From Candidatus Hydrogenedentota bacterium (GTDB lineage Bacteria; Hydrogenedentota; Hydrogenedentia; Hydrogenedentales; SLHB01), in NCBI GenBank assembly GCA_045863335.1, contig BTVY01000023.1:32001-96000 (forward strand): 64,000 bases of DNA, in the 5' to 3' direction. Each line of letters begins with the position of its first letter. The first letter of the stretch is position 1. Made by a program: the position numbers and the translations under genes. Positions 26,834 through 34,969 of this stretch are shown piece by piece. The notes below the pieces were generated by a model that worked only from the letters and a program-made list of their open reading frames with translations, was not told the DNA's origin and ran no database searches.

Positions 26834-28843
26834 TCAGTTTCGCCCCACCGGATTACCGACCGCATTGGTGGGCTCGATCACTTCGACTTTATCGCCAAGT
26901 GATTCGACCAAGTCCGGAAGATCGTAAACCCGTAACGCCCCGTGTACGACGTTTTCGTATTGCCGCTTCGTCTCCGGCGTGCGCACGACGCTGGACCAGG
27001 ACTGCAGCGAGCGAGTCAGCGTGACGCGGCTGAACAAGTCCGGCTCCAGCGCAGCGGCGTGAAGGGCCGGCGGTCCCGCGACGTCCTGCGCCAAGAGCAC
27101 CACCTTACGCGCCGCGCCAGCGTTCTCGTAGGTCGCCGCGAAACGGGCGCAGACCAGCGCGTCTTCGGCGCGCATGCTCAAGATGGGCTTGTCGAGCAGG
27201 TACGCCAGCGATGTGGCCTTGTAGCCGGGGCCGAAAGCGTGGTCCCAACCTTCGCCGTGGGTCCAGTTGGACGTGGTTTCGCCAAGGCCGCGAAGGTCCG
27301 CAGCCACGACGACGTACCCGCTGCGCGCGAGCTGAGCGAGCGAGTCGTGGTCGAGGTCCGCCTTGCCATTCGCGAGGACCAGCATGGCTTCCCCATTGAC
27401 CGCTTCGGGGAGGTAGACGACTGCAGGAAGGTGTATTCCGAGTTCTGGCGTCAGCACCACATGCCGAACGGTGCAGCCGTACTCCTTCGCCTCGTGCGCC
27501 ACAACGATCTCGGGCTCCGGAAGTTCCGCCAGAGGCCGAATCCCCGTCACGTCGCGCACCTGCGAGATGAGGTTATCTTTTGGAGCGGCCTTGCGCGACT
27601 CCGCGAGTTGCGCGTCCACCTCCGCGTTGATGTCGAATACCGATCGCGCACCGTCCAGCAACAGGACCTGCCCTTGCGGCGTGACCTGCACTTCGGCATC
27701 CGTCAAGACGTCGACATCCCCTTCAACCACGGGCTCATCGACCCCTTTAAGCCAACGCAACATCCACCGAGCCATGGCCTGGCGCAGCAGGATGGTGAAC
27801 CCGTGTTGCTCGTCCGCCTCGGCGAGGTTTACCCGCTCTTCGTACCCAAGCTTGGTGTAGGCGCGTTTTGCGACGCGGAAGCTGTCCCACACCCCGGCAA
27901 TAGGAAAAAAATCCTGCGTGGCGCAACAGATGAGCGTGGGCCGCGGCGCGCGCATGAGCAGGAAGTCGCTGTGGTCCATCCCAAACGCGAGGGCGCCCGC
28001 GATGTTCTGTTCACCGTCATGCGGACCATCCTTGATAATAAGGTTCTTCAACGACGTGATGTAGCAGCTCGGCGCGGCGCAGACCACCCGTTCGTCGAGC
28101 GCCATGATATAGCTGGTCAAGGTGCCGCCGCCGGAGTTGCCGGTGCATCCAATGCGTTCCGGGTCGATGTCGTCGCGACTGCAGAGGTAATCGATCCCGC
28201 GAATGCCGTCCCAGATGCGGTAGCCCGCCACGTTCAACCCAAGGGGTATGCTGCCCACGGTGACGATGGTGTGTTCGATGGTCGATCCGTACTTCTGCTT
28301 GCTGTTCTCGTCGAGCAACTGGCTGCGCTCGCCCTGACCGATGGGGTCATAGATCATCGCCGCGATGCCGTTGCGGGCAAGAAGTACGGCGGCCCGCTGG
28401 TAAGCTTCCGCAGCCTTACCGTTGGCGTCGTGTCCGCAGGGCACGAGCACGCCGGGATAAGGCCCTTCCGTCAGCGGCAAGTAGATGATGGCAGTCACAT
28501 AGAGACCAGGCCGGCTCTCGTAGAGGATCTTCTCGTACCGGAATCCGTCGCGGGTTTCGCCCGGGAATACCTGCGCATTCAACGGAGTCTTCTCCGGCCA
28601 GCCGCCAAGTTGTTGAACGAAGAATTCGCGCATGCGCTGTCCCCGCGCGAGGATGCTCTCCGGCGTCGCGAGATCCTGCTCCAGCACCTCGGCGCGATTC
28701 TCAAAAGCGTCGACCATCTCGCCGCGCAGGTAGAGCGTCATCACTTCCGCGGGTGACGCACCGTTGGGCAGAGGCTGGAGGATCTGCGCTCCGGGGTCCG
28801 CACCCAACGTTGCTGTTAATACTGTTACCGCCGCCATCCACAT
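26834..28843 (-). CDS. Secreted acetylxylan-esterase-like alpha/beta hydrolase (two hydrolase domains)
   Basis: GVLVPCGH, YDPIGQGER, IGCTGNSGGG, APRPTL. Second domain DLRGLGET lacks an obvious GxSxG. Start MWMAAV. Confidence 0.8.
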   Translation of the reverse strand: MWMAAVTVLTATLGADPGAQILQPLPNGASPAEVMTLYLRGEMVDAFENRAEVLEQDLATPESILARGQRMREFFVQQLGGWPEKTPLNAQVFPGETRDGFRYEKILYESRPGLYVTAIIYLPLTEGPYPGVLVPCGHDANGKAAEAYQRAAVLLARNGIAAMIYDPIGQGERSQLLDENSKQKYGSTIEHTIVTVGSIPLGLNVAGYRIWDGIRGIDYLCSRDDIDPERIGCTGNSGGGTLTSYIMALDERVVCAAPSCYITSLKNLIIKDGPHDGEQNIAGALAFGMDHSDFLLMRAPRPTLICCATQDFFPIAGVWDSFRVAKRAYTKLGYEERVNLAEADEQHGFTILLRQAMARWMLRWLKGVDEPVVEGDVDVLTDAEVQVTPQGQVLLLDGARSVFDINAEVDAQLAESRKAAPKDNLISQVRDVTGIRPLAELPEPEIVVAHEAKEYGCTVRHVVLTPELGIHLPAVVYLPEAVNGEAMLVLANGKADLDHDSLAQLARSGYVVVAADLRGLGETTSNWTHGEGWDHAFGPGYKATSLAYLLDKPILSMRAEDALVCARFAATYENAGAARKVVLLAQDVAGPPALHAAALEPDLFSRVTLTRSLQSWSSVVRTPETKRQYENVVHGALRVYDLPDLVESLGDKVEVIEPTNAVGNPVGRN

Positions 28844-28920
28844 GGTCTTTCCTCCAACGTTTGCCGCGCCAATCTCAGAATTGTAGGGAGCGCGAGGACG
28901 GGCGGTCAATGGCGAGAAGG

Positions 28921-28977
28921 AAATACGTAATCCGAATTTCGGAATCCGAAACAAATTCGAAGGACCAAAACACGAAA
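28921..28977. repeat. Solo arm of heptamer repeat family
   Basis: aaatacgtaatccgaatttcggaatccgaaacaaattcgaaggaccaaaac closely matches the left arm at 26553. Confidence 0.75.
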
Positions 28978-29078
28978 CTGGGGGGCCGAATCGTTGGAAG
29001 CGTGCTCGTTGCACATCCGATCGGTACAATGGTGCGGACCTTTTGAAACGAGTACCACGACTTGCGGGGGTTCCATCC

Positions 29079-32066
29079 ATGGCGCGTTCGATTTGGATTC
29101 TAGTGTTGACGTTGGGTCTCTGGTCGGGCGCGGCTTGGTGCCAGGCCGTGGAGGATGCGCCCGTCCCGGAGAAGGTCTATCAGGGCGACCTCATCGCCTA
29201 TCCCGGACCGTGGGCCTTTGAACTGGGGCGTCCGCACATCATCCTCGTAAGCGACGAGGAGTTAGAATTCCTCTCCGACCCTGACAAGGTCTTCAATATG
29301 ACCACGGGCCGCAACCCGCGCGAAGACTCGCTGCGATCCATTTGCGAACGCGCCCAGGCCGCCGGGCATCCGACGCTCGTCATCGCATTCGACCATTTCT
29401 TCAGCCAATACCGTCCCGGCCAGGAAGGGAAGCCGCGCCGCCTCACGCCGGACATGGACGAGTACGTGGAGCGCATGACCGCCATCGCGAAGTTCGCCCA
29501 AGGCTACGGGCTTGGCCTGGAGCTGAGCCTGTTGAGCCCCCTCGAAATCGGGCCCGCCTACCGCGCCGCCACGGGCGAGTCGGGCGTATGGATGCATTAC
29601 CGGAAAGGCGTGCGCGACCCGGAGACCGGCGCGTTCAGCGTGCAGCTCTGGCAACACCAGCGCTGGTCCAACAACAAAGGCCCCATCGACCTCGAAGATG
29701 CGGGCGTGCGTGTGTTTGCGTTCAACGAGCGCGGCGTCCGCGGAACGCCGTACCGCGTCGTCGATCCCGCGTCCATCATTGAGATTACGGACGTGGCAAA
29801 GGTGGAGCCGTGGGACGGCGCCGTTCGCACTGCCGGCGACTTCCGCGCGCGGCGGGTCCGCATCCATGGCGAAGGACGCACGGAGATTGGCAATCTCGAT
29901 CGCGTGCTGGTCGTGCAGGTTTACCGTACGCCGGAGATGGACTATTTCAGCGACCAGGCCCTGCCCTTTCTCAAAGGACTCATCGACAAGTACGCCGACG
30001 CGGGCGTAAAACTCAACGGCCTCTACTCCGACGAGATGCACATCCAGCAGGACTGGGGGTACTTCAACCACCACGACAACGGCGAATTCGCGGTGCGCTA
30101 CGTAAGCCCGGGCATTGTGAACAAGTTCGCGGACCGCTATGGCGAGGAGTACCGCGACTTCGCGAAGTACCTGGTCTATTTCTGCTACGGCCAGGAAGAC
30201 ACCATGCACGATCTCAGCGCGAAGCAAGGCGTCATGCACGCCTTCGGCGATTCGCCGGAAGCCATCGCACAGACGGCCTTGTTCCGCGCGCGGTACTACC
30301 ACTTCCTGCAAGATGGCGTTGTCGATCTCTTCGCTGCGGCGAAGGATCATGCCGAACGCCGCATGGGACATCGCCTCCACGCGCGCGCCCACGCCACCTG
30401 GGCTGAGAGTCCTACTATCGACAAGTGGAACACGGGCCGCCTGCCTCATGCGCGGAATCAGTACGAGTACACCTCCAACTTCCTCTGGTCCGATACGGTC
30501 CACCAAGCGACCTCGGCCTGTTACGACTACTTCAAGTGGGGCGACTTTCTCACGGGAAACGGCAACGACCACGCCGAGGGCGGCTGGCTCGACCGAAACT
30601 ATTTCGCCATGGCGCTCGCGTGTTCGACGGGAATTCTGAACGAGGTGCCCTACTCCTACGCCGCTCATTGGGGTATGCCGCATGAACTGGCGCAACGGCG
30701 CCACGCCTTGGTCGACGTGTACGGCGCGGCGGCGTCGCCTCCCTTCATGCTCGTGGAAGAGGCGCAACACCGCGACACGGACGTGCTCATGCTGTATCCA
30801 ATCGACCTCGTTGCGGCGGAAGAACGCTTCGGAAGCTGGATGACGCAGTACGGCTACGCGAACTACATCACCCAGGCGAAACTGCTCGAACGCGGCGTCG
30901 TGAAGAATGGCGCCATTGAAGTTGCTGGACGACGGTTCACAACCCTCGTCACGCTCTTCGAACCCTTCCCGAGCCCGGCGCTCATGACCATGATGAACGA
31001 CCTCGCCGCGCAAGGTGGACGCGTGATCTGGTCGGGTCCACCGCCGGTGCTGGACGCCGAGGGCAGTCCGGTCACGGCCGCGTGGAACGATCTCTTCGGC
31101 GTGGAATCCACGCCTGAACCCGGTGACGGGCTTATCGTCCCGGGCCGGGAGATCCAATTCGCAGGACCCCTGGCGCAGGTGCCCGCGCAAGCGATTCTGA
31201 CGGACTTCATCGTGGACCGCATCTATCCCGTGACCGCGCGTGAAGGTGCCGCGGTCGCAGCAACCGTGCAGGACTGGACCGTCGGCGCCGTGCGGGCCAC
31301 CGAATCCGGCGGCAGCCTGACCTATCTTGGGTTCCGCCCTCGTGACGATCAGGCGGCCAGCCTGGGCTATGAAACCCGCACTTGGTTCGAGGTGCTGAAC
31401 GCGCTTGGCGCCTATCCCGCGTCGGGGGCCTTCGAAGGTATTAACGACAATCCCGACTACCTATCGCGCACGACCGAGTACCTGGTAGGCCGCTTCCCGA
31501 ACGGTACCGTCGCAATCGCGCCCCACTTCCGCGCCATGGAAGAAGGCTGGCCCGGCGGGTTCGCGCGCAACGAAGAAGAGGACGCCGCGTATCTCACCGC
31601 AAATCCTCCGCCTTCCGACGCGCTGCAATTGCGGGACTTCAAAGCCTGGGGTCATACGATTACCTACGAAGGTACGGGCGCCATGGCGTTCCGCCTGGAC
31701 GACACGAACCGGCTCGTTGCCTTTGCCGGGTCCGGCTCCAACGCCGTCACCCTCGACGGTCAGACGCACACCTTCACCGACGGATCGCTCGCGCGTGTGG
31801 CGTGGGCGCCGGTCGCCGAAGCGCGTAAGGTCCCCGGCGGCGCTCTGGTTCAAATCCTCGCCCACGGCAACGGCACGCTGCGCATTCCCGCAGCCAACAT
31901 TCCGGCTGACGCGGTGGTCGTAGCCCAAGGCGCCACACCGGGCAGCCGCGGCGCGGTGGTCGAATCAACGCGCGAGGGCGACTATCTGCTGGTGACGATC
32001 GGGCCCGGATCTTCCGGCCGCTGGCTGTTTGCCGGTCCCGCGAGTCCGGCGCCGACGGCTTCCTAG
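29079..32066 (+). CDS. Large secreted hypothetical protein, possible glycoside hydrolase (GH106/GH42-like architecture)
   Basis: Signal peptide. PEMDYFS...LYSDEMH resembles the GH106-type FxDE region. Trimerisation-like domain (GGRVIWSGPPP) downstream. Confidence 0.5.
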   Translation: MARSIWILVLTLGLWSGAAWCQAVEDAPVPEKVYQGDLIAYPGPWAFELGRPHIILVSDEELEFLSDPDKVFNMTTGRNPREDSLRSICERAQAAGHPTLVIAFDHFFSQYRPGQEGKPRRLTPDMDEYVERMTAIAKFAQGYGLGLELSLLSPLEIGPAYRAATGESGVWMHYRKGVRDPETGAFSVQLWQHQRWSNNKGPIDLEDAGVRVFAFNERGVRGTPYRVVDPASIIEITDVAKVEPWDGAVRTAGDFRARRVRIHGEGRTEIGNLDRVLVVQVYRTPEMDYFSDQALPFLKGLIDKYADAGVKLNGLYSDEMHIQQDWGYFNHHDNGEFAVRYVSPGIVNKFADRYGEEYRDFAKYLVYFCYGQEDTMHDLSAKQGVMHAFGDSPEAIAQTALFRARYYHFLQDGVVDLFAAAKDHAERRMGHRLHARAHATWAESPTIDKWNTGRLPHARNQYEYTSNFLWSDTVHQATSACYDYFKWGDFLTGNGNDHAEGGWLDRNYFAMALACSTGILNEVPYSYAAHWGMPHELAQRRHALVDVYGAAASPPFMLVEEAQHRDTDVLMLYPIDLVAAEERFGSWMTQYGYANYITQAKLLERGVVKNGAIEVAGRRFTTLVTLFEPFPSPALMTMMNDLAAQGGRVIWSGPPPVLDAEGSPVTAAWNDLFGVESTPEPGDGLIVPGREIQFAGPLAQVPAQAILTDFIVDRIYPVTAREGAAVAATVQDWTVGAVRATESGGSLTYLGFRPRDDQAASLGYETRTWFEVLNALGAYPASGAFEGINDNPDYLSRTTEYLVGRFPNGTVAIAPHFRAMEEGWPGGFARNEEEDAAYLTANPPPSDALQLRDFKAWGHTITYEGTGAMAFRLDDTNRLVAFAGSGSNAVTLDGQTHTFTDGSLARVAWAPVAEARKVPGGALVQILAHGNGTLRIPAANIPADAVVVAQGATPGSRGAVVESTREGDYLLVTIGPGSSGRWLFAGPASPAPTAS

Positions 32067-32089
32067 TCGCCCGCCAACCGGATGGCGTC

Positions 32090-32136
32090 TTTACAACCGC
32101 CTCCAATGTGTATTACGATTAGAATATTCGTAATAC
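32090..32136 (+). promoter_or_regulatory. Promoter with overlapping NikR-type operator
   Basis: TTTACA-N18-TACGAT, overlapped by the perfect dyad GTATTAC-N13-GTAATAC (32110-32136) directly upstream of the ECF S-component. Confidence 0.75.
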
Positions 32137-32172
32137 GTTACGTCAGTCGATACTTGAGGACCACCATCTTTC

Positions 32173-32808
32173 ATGCATCTCGCGGAAGGCATCGTACCCT
32201 TGCCCGTGCTCGCCGGCGGCGCTGTACTCGCCGCAAGCGGAGTCGCCATCGGATTGCGCAAGCTGGACGAGGAACGAATCGTGCCGGTCGCGGTGATGGC
32301 ATCATCCTTGTTCGTGGCGTCGTTGATTCACGTGCCGGTTGGACCAGCCTCCGCGCACCTTGTCATGAACGGACTCGCAGGACTCATCCTGGGTTGGGCG
32401 GTGTTCCCCGCCATGCTGGTCGCCCTGTTGTTGCAGGCGCTGTTCTTCGGCTATGGCGGCTTGACGACGCTCGGCGTCAATACGCTGAACATGGCCCTGC
32501 CGGGCGTGCTCTGTTTTCTGCTCTTGCGCCCGCTGATGTATGGCGGCCGTTCCGTTTTTGTCGTGGGCTTTTTCGCGGGTGCGCTCGCCGTCGCCCTTGC
32601 CTGCACGATGCTGTGCCTGACCCTGCTCACCGCCGGCCGCGGTATCGTCCCGCTCGCCCAGGGCGTCTTTCTTGCCCACGTTCCGGTGATGCTCGTCGAA
32701 GGTCTCGTCACCGGATCGGCCGTATCGTTCCTCTACCGGGTGCGGCCTGAGACGTTTGCCCTGTGGTCCAAACCCGAATGGAGCGCCGCTCATGCGCCAG
32801 TGTCTTGA
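32173..32808 (+). CDS. cbiM: ECF Ni/Co transporter S-component (CbiM/NikM)
   Basis: N-terminal MHLAEG metal-binding motif, FVASLIHVPVGPASAHL, LQALFFGYGGLTTLGVN. Confidence 0.9.
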   Translation: MHLAEGIVPLPVLAGGAVLAASGVAIGLRKLDEERIVPVAVMASSLFVASLIHVPVGPASAHLVMNGLAGLILGWAVFPAMLVALLLQALFFGYGGLTTLGVNTLNMALPGVLCFLLLRPLMYGGRSVFVVGFFAGALAVALACTMLCLTLLTAGRGIVPLAQGVFLAHVPVMLVEGLVTGSAVSFLYRVRPETFALWSKPEWSAAHAPVS

Positions 32809-33430
32809 TCGATACGGTTTGATGCGGGGTTTCGCGCTTACGTTTTTGCTGGCTGCTGCTGCGCCGTTGGCGGGCGCACATGCGTTGCATCTTTTTGCCT
32901 CCGTCTCTGGCGATCACATCGAAGGTAAGGCGTATTACTCGGACAGTCCGGCCGCCGGCATTGCCGTCACCGTACTCGGGCCTGATGATGAAGTCCTTGC
33001 CACGGTCCGTTCGGACGTATCCGGCACCTTCACATGGCATCCAACGAAGCGCTGCGATCTCCGATTCGTCGCGGAAACGGAAGACGGTCATCGAACCGTA
33101 TTCACTATTGCGGCGGAAGAATTACCCGGATCGCTTCCCCCCCCGGAACCGGAATCCGTGCCAAGCGTGGTCACAGCAACAGATGGATCAGACGGATCCG
33201 ACCGATCCGACCGATCGGTCCGATCGCAAAACAGCGGCCCGTCCCCTGCCGATCTCGAGCGTCTTGTTGCGGAAGCCGTGAGTCGTGAAGTGGCCCCCCT
33301 CCGCGAGCAACTGGATGCCGCCGCGCACCGCACCCAGCTTCGTGATGTCATCGGGGGCATAGGCTACATCGCCGGCGTTGCCGGACTCTTCGCGTTGTGG
33401 AAACGCCGGACGAGCCGGAGCGATCGTTGA
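32792..33430 (+). CDS. Ni/Co transporter accessory protein (NikL/CbiL-like); alternative start 32822
   Basis: Signal peptide ending A-H-A-L, GKAYYSD, DGH, C-terminal RDVIGGIGYI TM. Lies between the M and Q genes. Confidence 0.7.
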   Translation: MRQCLDRYGLMRGFALTFLLAAAAPLAGAHALHLFASVSGDHIEGKAYYSDSPAAGIAVTVLGPDDEVLATVRSDVSGTFTWHPTKRCDLRFVAETEDGHRTVFTIAAEELPGSLPPPEPESVPSVVTATDGSDGSDRSDRSVRSQNSGPSPADLERLVAEAVSREVAPLREQLDAAAHRTQLRDVIGGIGYIAGVAGLFALWKRRTSRSDR

Positions 33431-33431
33431 C

Positions 33432-34181
33432 GTGTTTACCGATGCCTTTCTCAATATTGAATCGCCCATTCATCGCCTCGACGCCCGCGCGCGCGTGGCC
33501 GCCGCGATCGTTCTGTCCATTGCAGTCGCTGCTGTGGCCAGTCCGGCGGCATTGGCGCTGGGCCTGGCGGGTGCGATTGCGCTGGCCGTCGCCGCCCGGC
33601 TGCCGCTTCGACCCACATTGCGGCGGCTGCTTCCCCTGAATCTTTTCCTGGCCATACTCGTCTTGCTGTTGCCCCTGACCACGCCGGGCCCCGCACTCTT
33701 TCACGTGCATACCGCGGCATTCACGTGGCCGGGACTTCTTGCGGGCCTGGCAATCGCCGCACGCGCCAACGCCATCGTACTGATCGTCACCGCGCTGCTC
33801 ACGACGATGGAAGCCGCCGAACTCGCGCGCGCACTCCGGTCGCTTCGCGTGCCGCCCGCGCTCGTAACGCTCTTTCTTTTGACGGGCCGATATGTCTTCG
33901 TGCTGCAGACCGAATACCAGCGCCTTCGCCGCGCCATGGGGGTGCGCGCTTTTCGGCCGCGCACCAACCGTCACACCTTGCGCGCCTTGGGCAATCTCGT
34001 CGGCATGCTCGTTGTGAAGGGATTCGACCGCTCGGAACGCGTGTACCAGGCCATGAAATGCCGCGGTTATACAGGAGTCTTCCCCACGCGCGAACCGGCG
34101 CAGTGGGCGTTGCACGACGCGGTGTTTGGCTGCGGGACCGCAACGTTCGTCATGGTGATGCTGTGGGCGAACTCGCTGTAA
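33432..34181 (+). CDS. cbiQ: ECF transporter T-component (CbiQ/NikQ)
   Basis: SPIHRLDARAR, LRVP..LV, RYVFVL..E..RL.RAM..R.F, RSERVYQAMKCRGY. GTG start inferred. Confidence 0.9.
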   Translation: MFTDAFLNIESPIHRLDARARVAAAIVLSIAVAAVASPAALALGLAGAIALAVAARLPLRPTLRRLLPLNLFLAILVLLLPLTTPGPALFHVHTAAFTWPGLLAGLAIAARANAIVLIVTALLTTMEAAELARALRSLRVPPALVTLFLLTGRYVFVLQTEYQRLRRAMGVRAFRPRTNRHTLRALGNLVGMLVVKGFDRSERVYQAMKCRGYTGVFPTREPAQWALHDAVFGCGTATFVMVMLWANSL

Positions 34182-34831
34182 ACGGCGCCTGCGTCGTCCT
34201 GGACGGTGTGACCTTCGGCTACGGCCCGAACCGTCCAGTACTCCGTTCGCTTGACCTTACACTGCGCGCGGGCGAGCGCGTGGGGTTGATTGGCGCAAAC
34301 GGTTCCGGCAAGACCACCCTGCTGCATCTTCTCGTCGGTCTTCGCAAACCGTCCGCCGGAAGGATCACATGCTTTGGCACGCCCCGCACCACGGAATCGG
34401 ATTTTCGGGACCTGCGCAAACGCGCCGGACTGCTCTTCCAGGATTCCGACGATCAACTCTTCTGCCCCACCGTCGGCGAAGATGTCATGTTCGGACCGCT
34501 GAACCTCGGCAAGACGCACGCGGAAGCGCGTGCGATCGCGTCTGAGACGCTGCGACGGATCGGCCTCGCGAACTACGAATCGCGCGTTACTTACCGTCTC
34601 TCTGGCGGTGAAAAACGCCTGGTCGCTCTCGCCACGGTGCTCGCCATGCAGCCGGACGTGCTGCTCCTCGACGAACCCCTCACCGGCCTTGACGAGGAAC
34701 ACGAAACCCGCATCACCGAGATCTTGCTGGACCTTCCCCAGGCCATGCTTATCGTCTCCCACAATCGCGAGTTCCTCGCGCGCGTCGCACAACGCACCTA
34801 TGTACTACGAAACGGATCGCTGGAAGAATAG
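34163..34831 (+). CDS. cbiO: ECF transporter ATPase (CbiO/NikO)
   Basis: GANGSGKTT, FQDSDDQLFCPTV, LSGGEKR, LLLDEP, VSH. GTG start inferred. Confidence 0.9.
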   Translation: MGELAVNGACVVLDGVTFGYGPNRPVLRSLDLTLRAGERVGLIGANGSGKTTLLHLLVGLRKPSAGRITCFGTPRTTESDFRDLRKRAGLLFQDSDDQLFCPTVGEDVMFGPLNLGKTHAEARAIASETLRRIGLANYESRVTYRLSGGEKRLVALATVLAMQPDVLLLDEPLTGLDEEHETRITEILLDLPQAMLIVSHNREFLARVAQRTYVLRNGSLEE

Positions 34832-34969
34832 GCACACACTTTTGAAATCCTCACGAACCGGGTGTATAAGGCAATCGGAATTCAGTCCCCACCCTGTGCG
34901 CATCTGAATTTCATTTCCACACGCGAAGTTGAAGTAAATGCAATTCAGAACTACAAGGATCGTCCTTTC

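Noticed and set aside
18061-28977. CRISPR array from recurring ~30-36-bp CGAAATC sequences
   Set aside because: Copies are inverted pairs or solo arms kilobases apart, not regularly spaced direct repeats, and no cas genes are present.
26942-31190. Long antisense ORFs (26942-28756 +, 29262-31190 -; likewise 21762-23255, 34805-36502, 46586-48367, 58268-59938)
   Set aside because: Shadow frames opposite well-supported genes, as expected in high-GC DNA. They have no motifs.
32173-34831. Cobalamin riboswitch / cobalt-specific assignment
   Set aside because: The upstream gap is too short and lacks B12-box features. A NikR-like dyad is present instead. The cbi symbols are kept only as family labels.
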